Source: Chara braunii (taxonomy: Eukaryota > Plantae > Charophyceae). Taken from it: DNA of 49,045 bases. Position numbers and translations under genes: made by a program. The notes beneath the pieces were generated by a model, which was not told the origin of the DNA, ran no database searches, and saw nothing but the letters and a program-made list of their open reading frames with translations. Position 1 is the first letter of the stretch. The number at the start of each line of letters is the position of its first letter. The stretch covers positions 7,677,131-7,726,175 of the forward strand of contig BFEA01000004.1 in NCBI GenBank assembly GCA_003427395.1, written 5' to 3'. Of the stretch, positions 48,801 through 49,045 are shown piece after piece.

Positions 48801-49045
48801 ACTTGATACAGTTACGTCAGAAACTCCCTAGACTTCACAGAGTGGAGCAACACAGGGTGGAACTCTTGGCAGCCATCCCAGCCTCGTGGACACAGTTATT
48901 ACACCCAGCTTTGGAGAACGCAGCCGATACATGGCTTCAATCGGATGTCCATCCATCCCAAGTGTTTCGGGGACTGGGCCCCGATCTGGTTTCTGGAATG
49001 AGAGTCCAGGTGTGGCGGTTACCAGTAGGTTCTCAGGCGGGAAAA
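45834..49045 (+). pseudogene. LINE ORF2 (APE endonuclease plus RT), disrupted
   Basis: ISWNVRGL, VCLQET, SVYAP, MGDWN; CPGPDGLP, NWRPISILN, LDMEKAYD, LRQGCPLAP, ALADD, GGLGVLDP; ATG overlaps the ORF1 end by 17 nt; several stops. Confidence 0.93.

Larger units (their letters stand above)
42480..49045 (+). mobile_element. Near full-length L1/Tx1-type LINE (5' UTR, ORF1, ORF2), decayed, running off the window; 5' boundary approximate
   Basis: ORF1 followed by APE and RT. Confidence 0.9.

Overview
Eukaryotic, repeat-dominated draft-assembly window with three N gaps. It is most likely from a charophyte alga such as Chara; this is an inference from the plant-type TTTAGGG repeats, a plant-like MutY with a very large intron and the retroelement style. 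The only host gene is the first coding exon of a MutY/MYH adenine glycosylase (minus strand, 5660-4041), whose first intron runs off the left edge. The rest is nested mobile DNA: at least six L1/Tx1-type LINE pieces (one near full length, one with a 17-bp TSD), a 5'-truncated Ty3/Gypsy element, LTR-like non-coding repeats, two tRNA-headed SINE families and three MITEs. Most unusual: (1) the Gypsy element carries a Gag-like ORF (two capsid-like repeats plus a zinc knuckle) downstream of integrase, behind a splice acceptor, where env normally sits; (2) small hammerhead-ribozyme-bearing units lie in (TA)n and (GT)n microsatellites; (3) a covarying two-hairpin motif is shared by the 3' UTRs of divergent LINEs; (4) two related Harbinger-like MITEs have CHG (CCG/CAG) target duplications; (5) one SINE head resembles bacterial-type tRNA-Ala(GGC). 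All calls come from reading the sequence by eye; no searches or folding programs were run.
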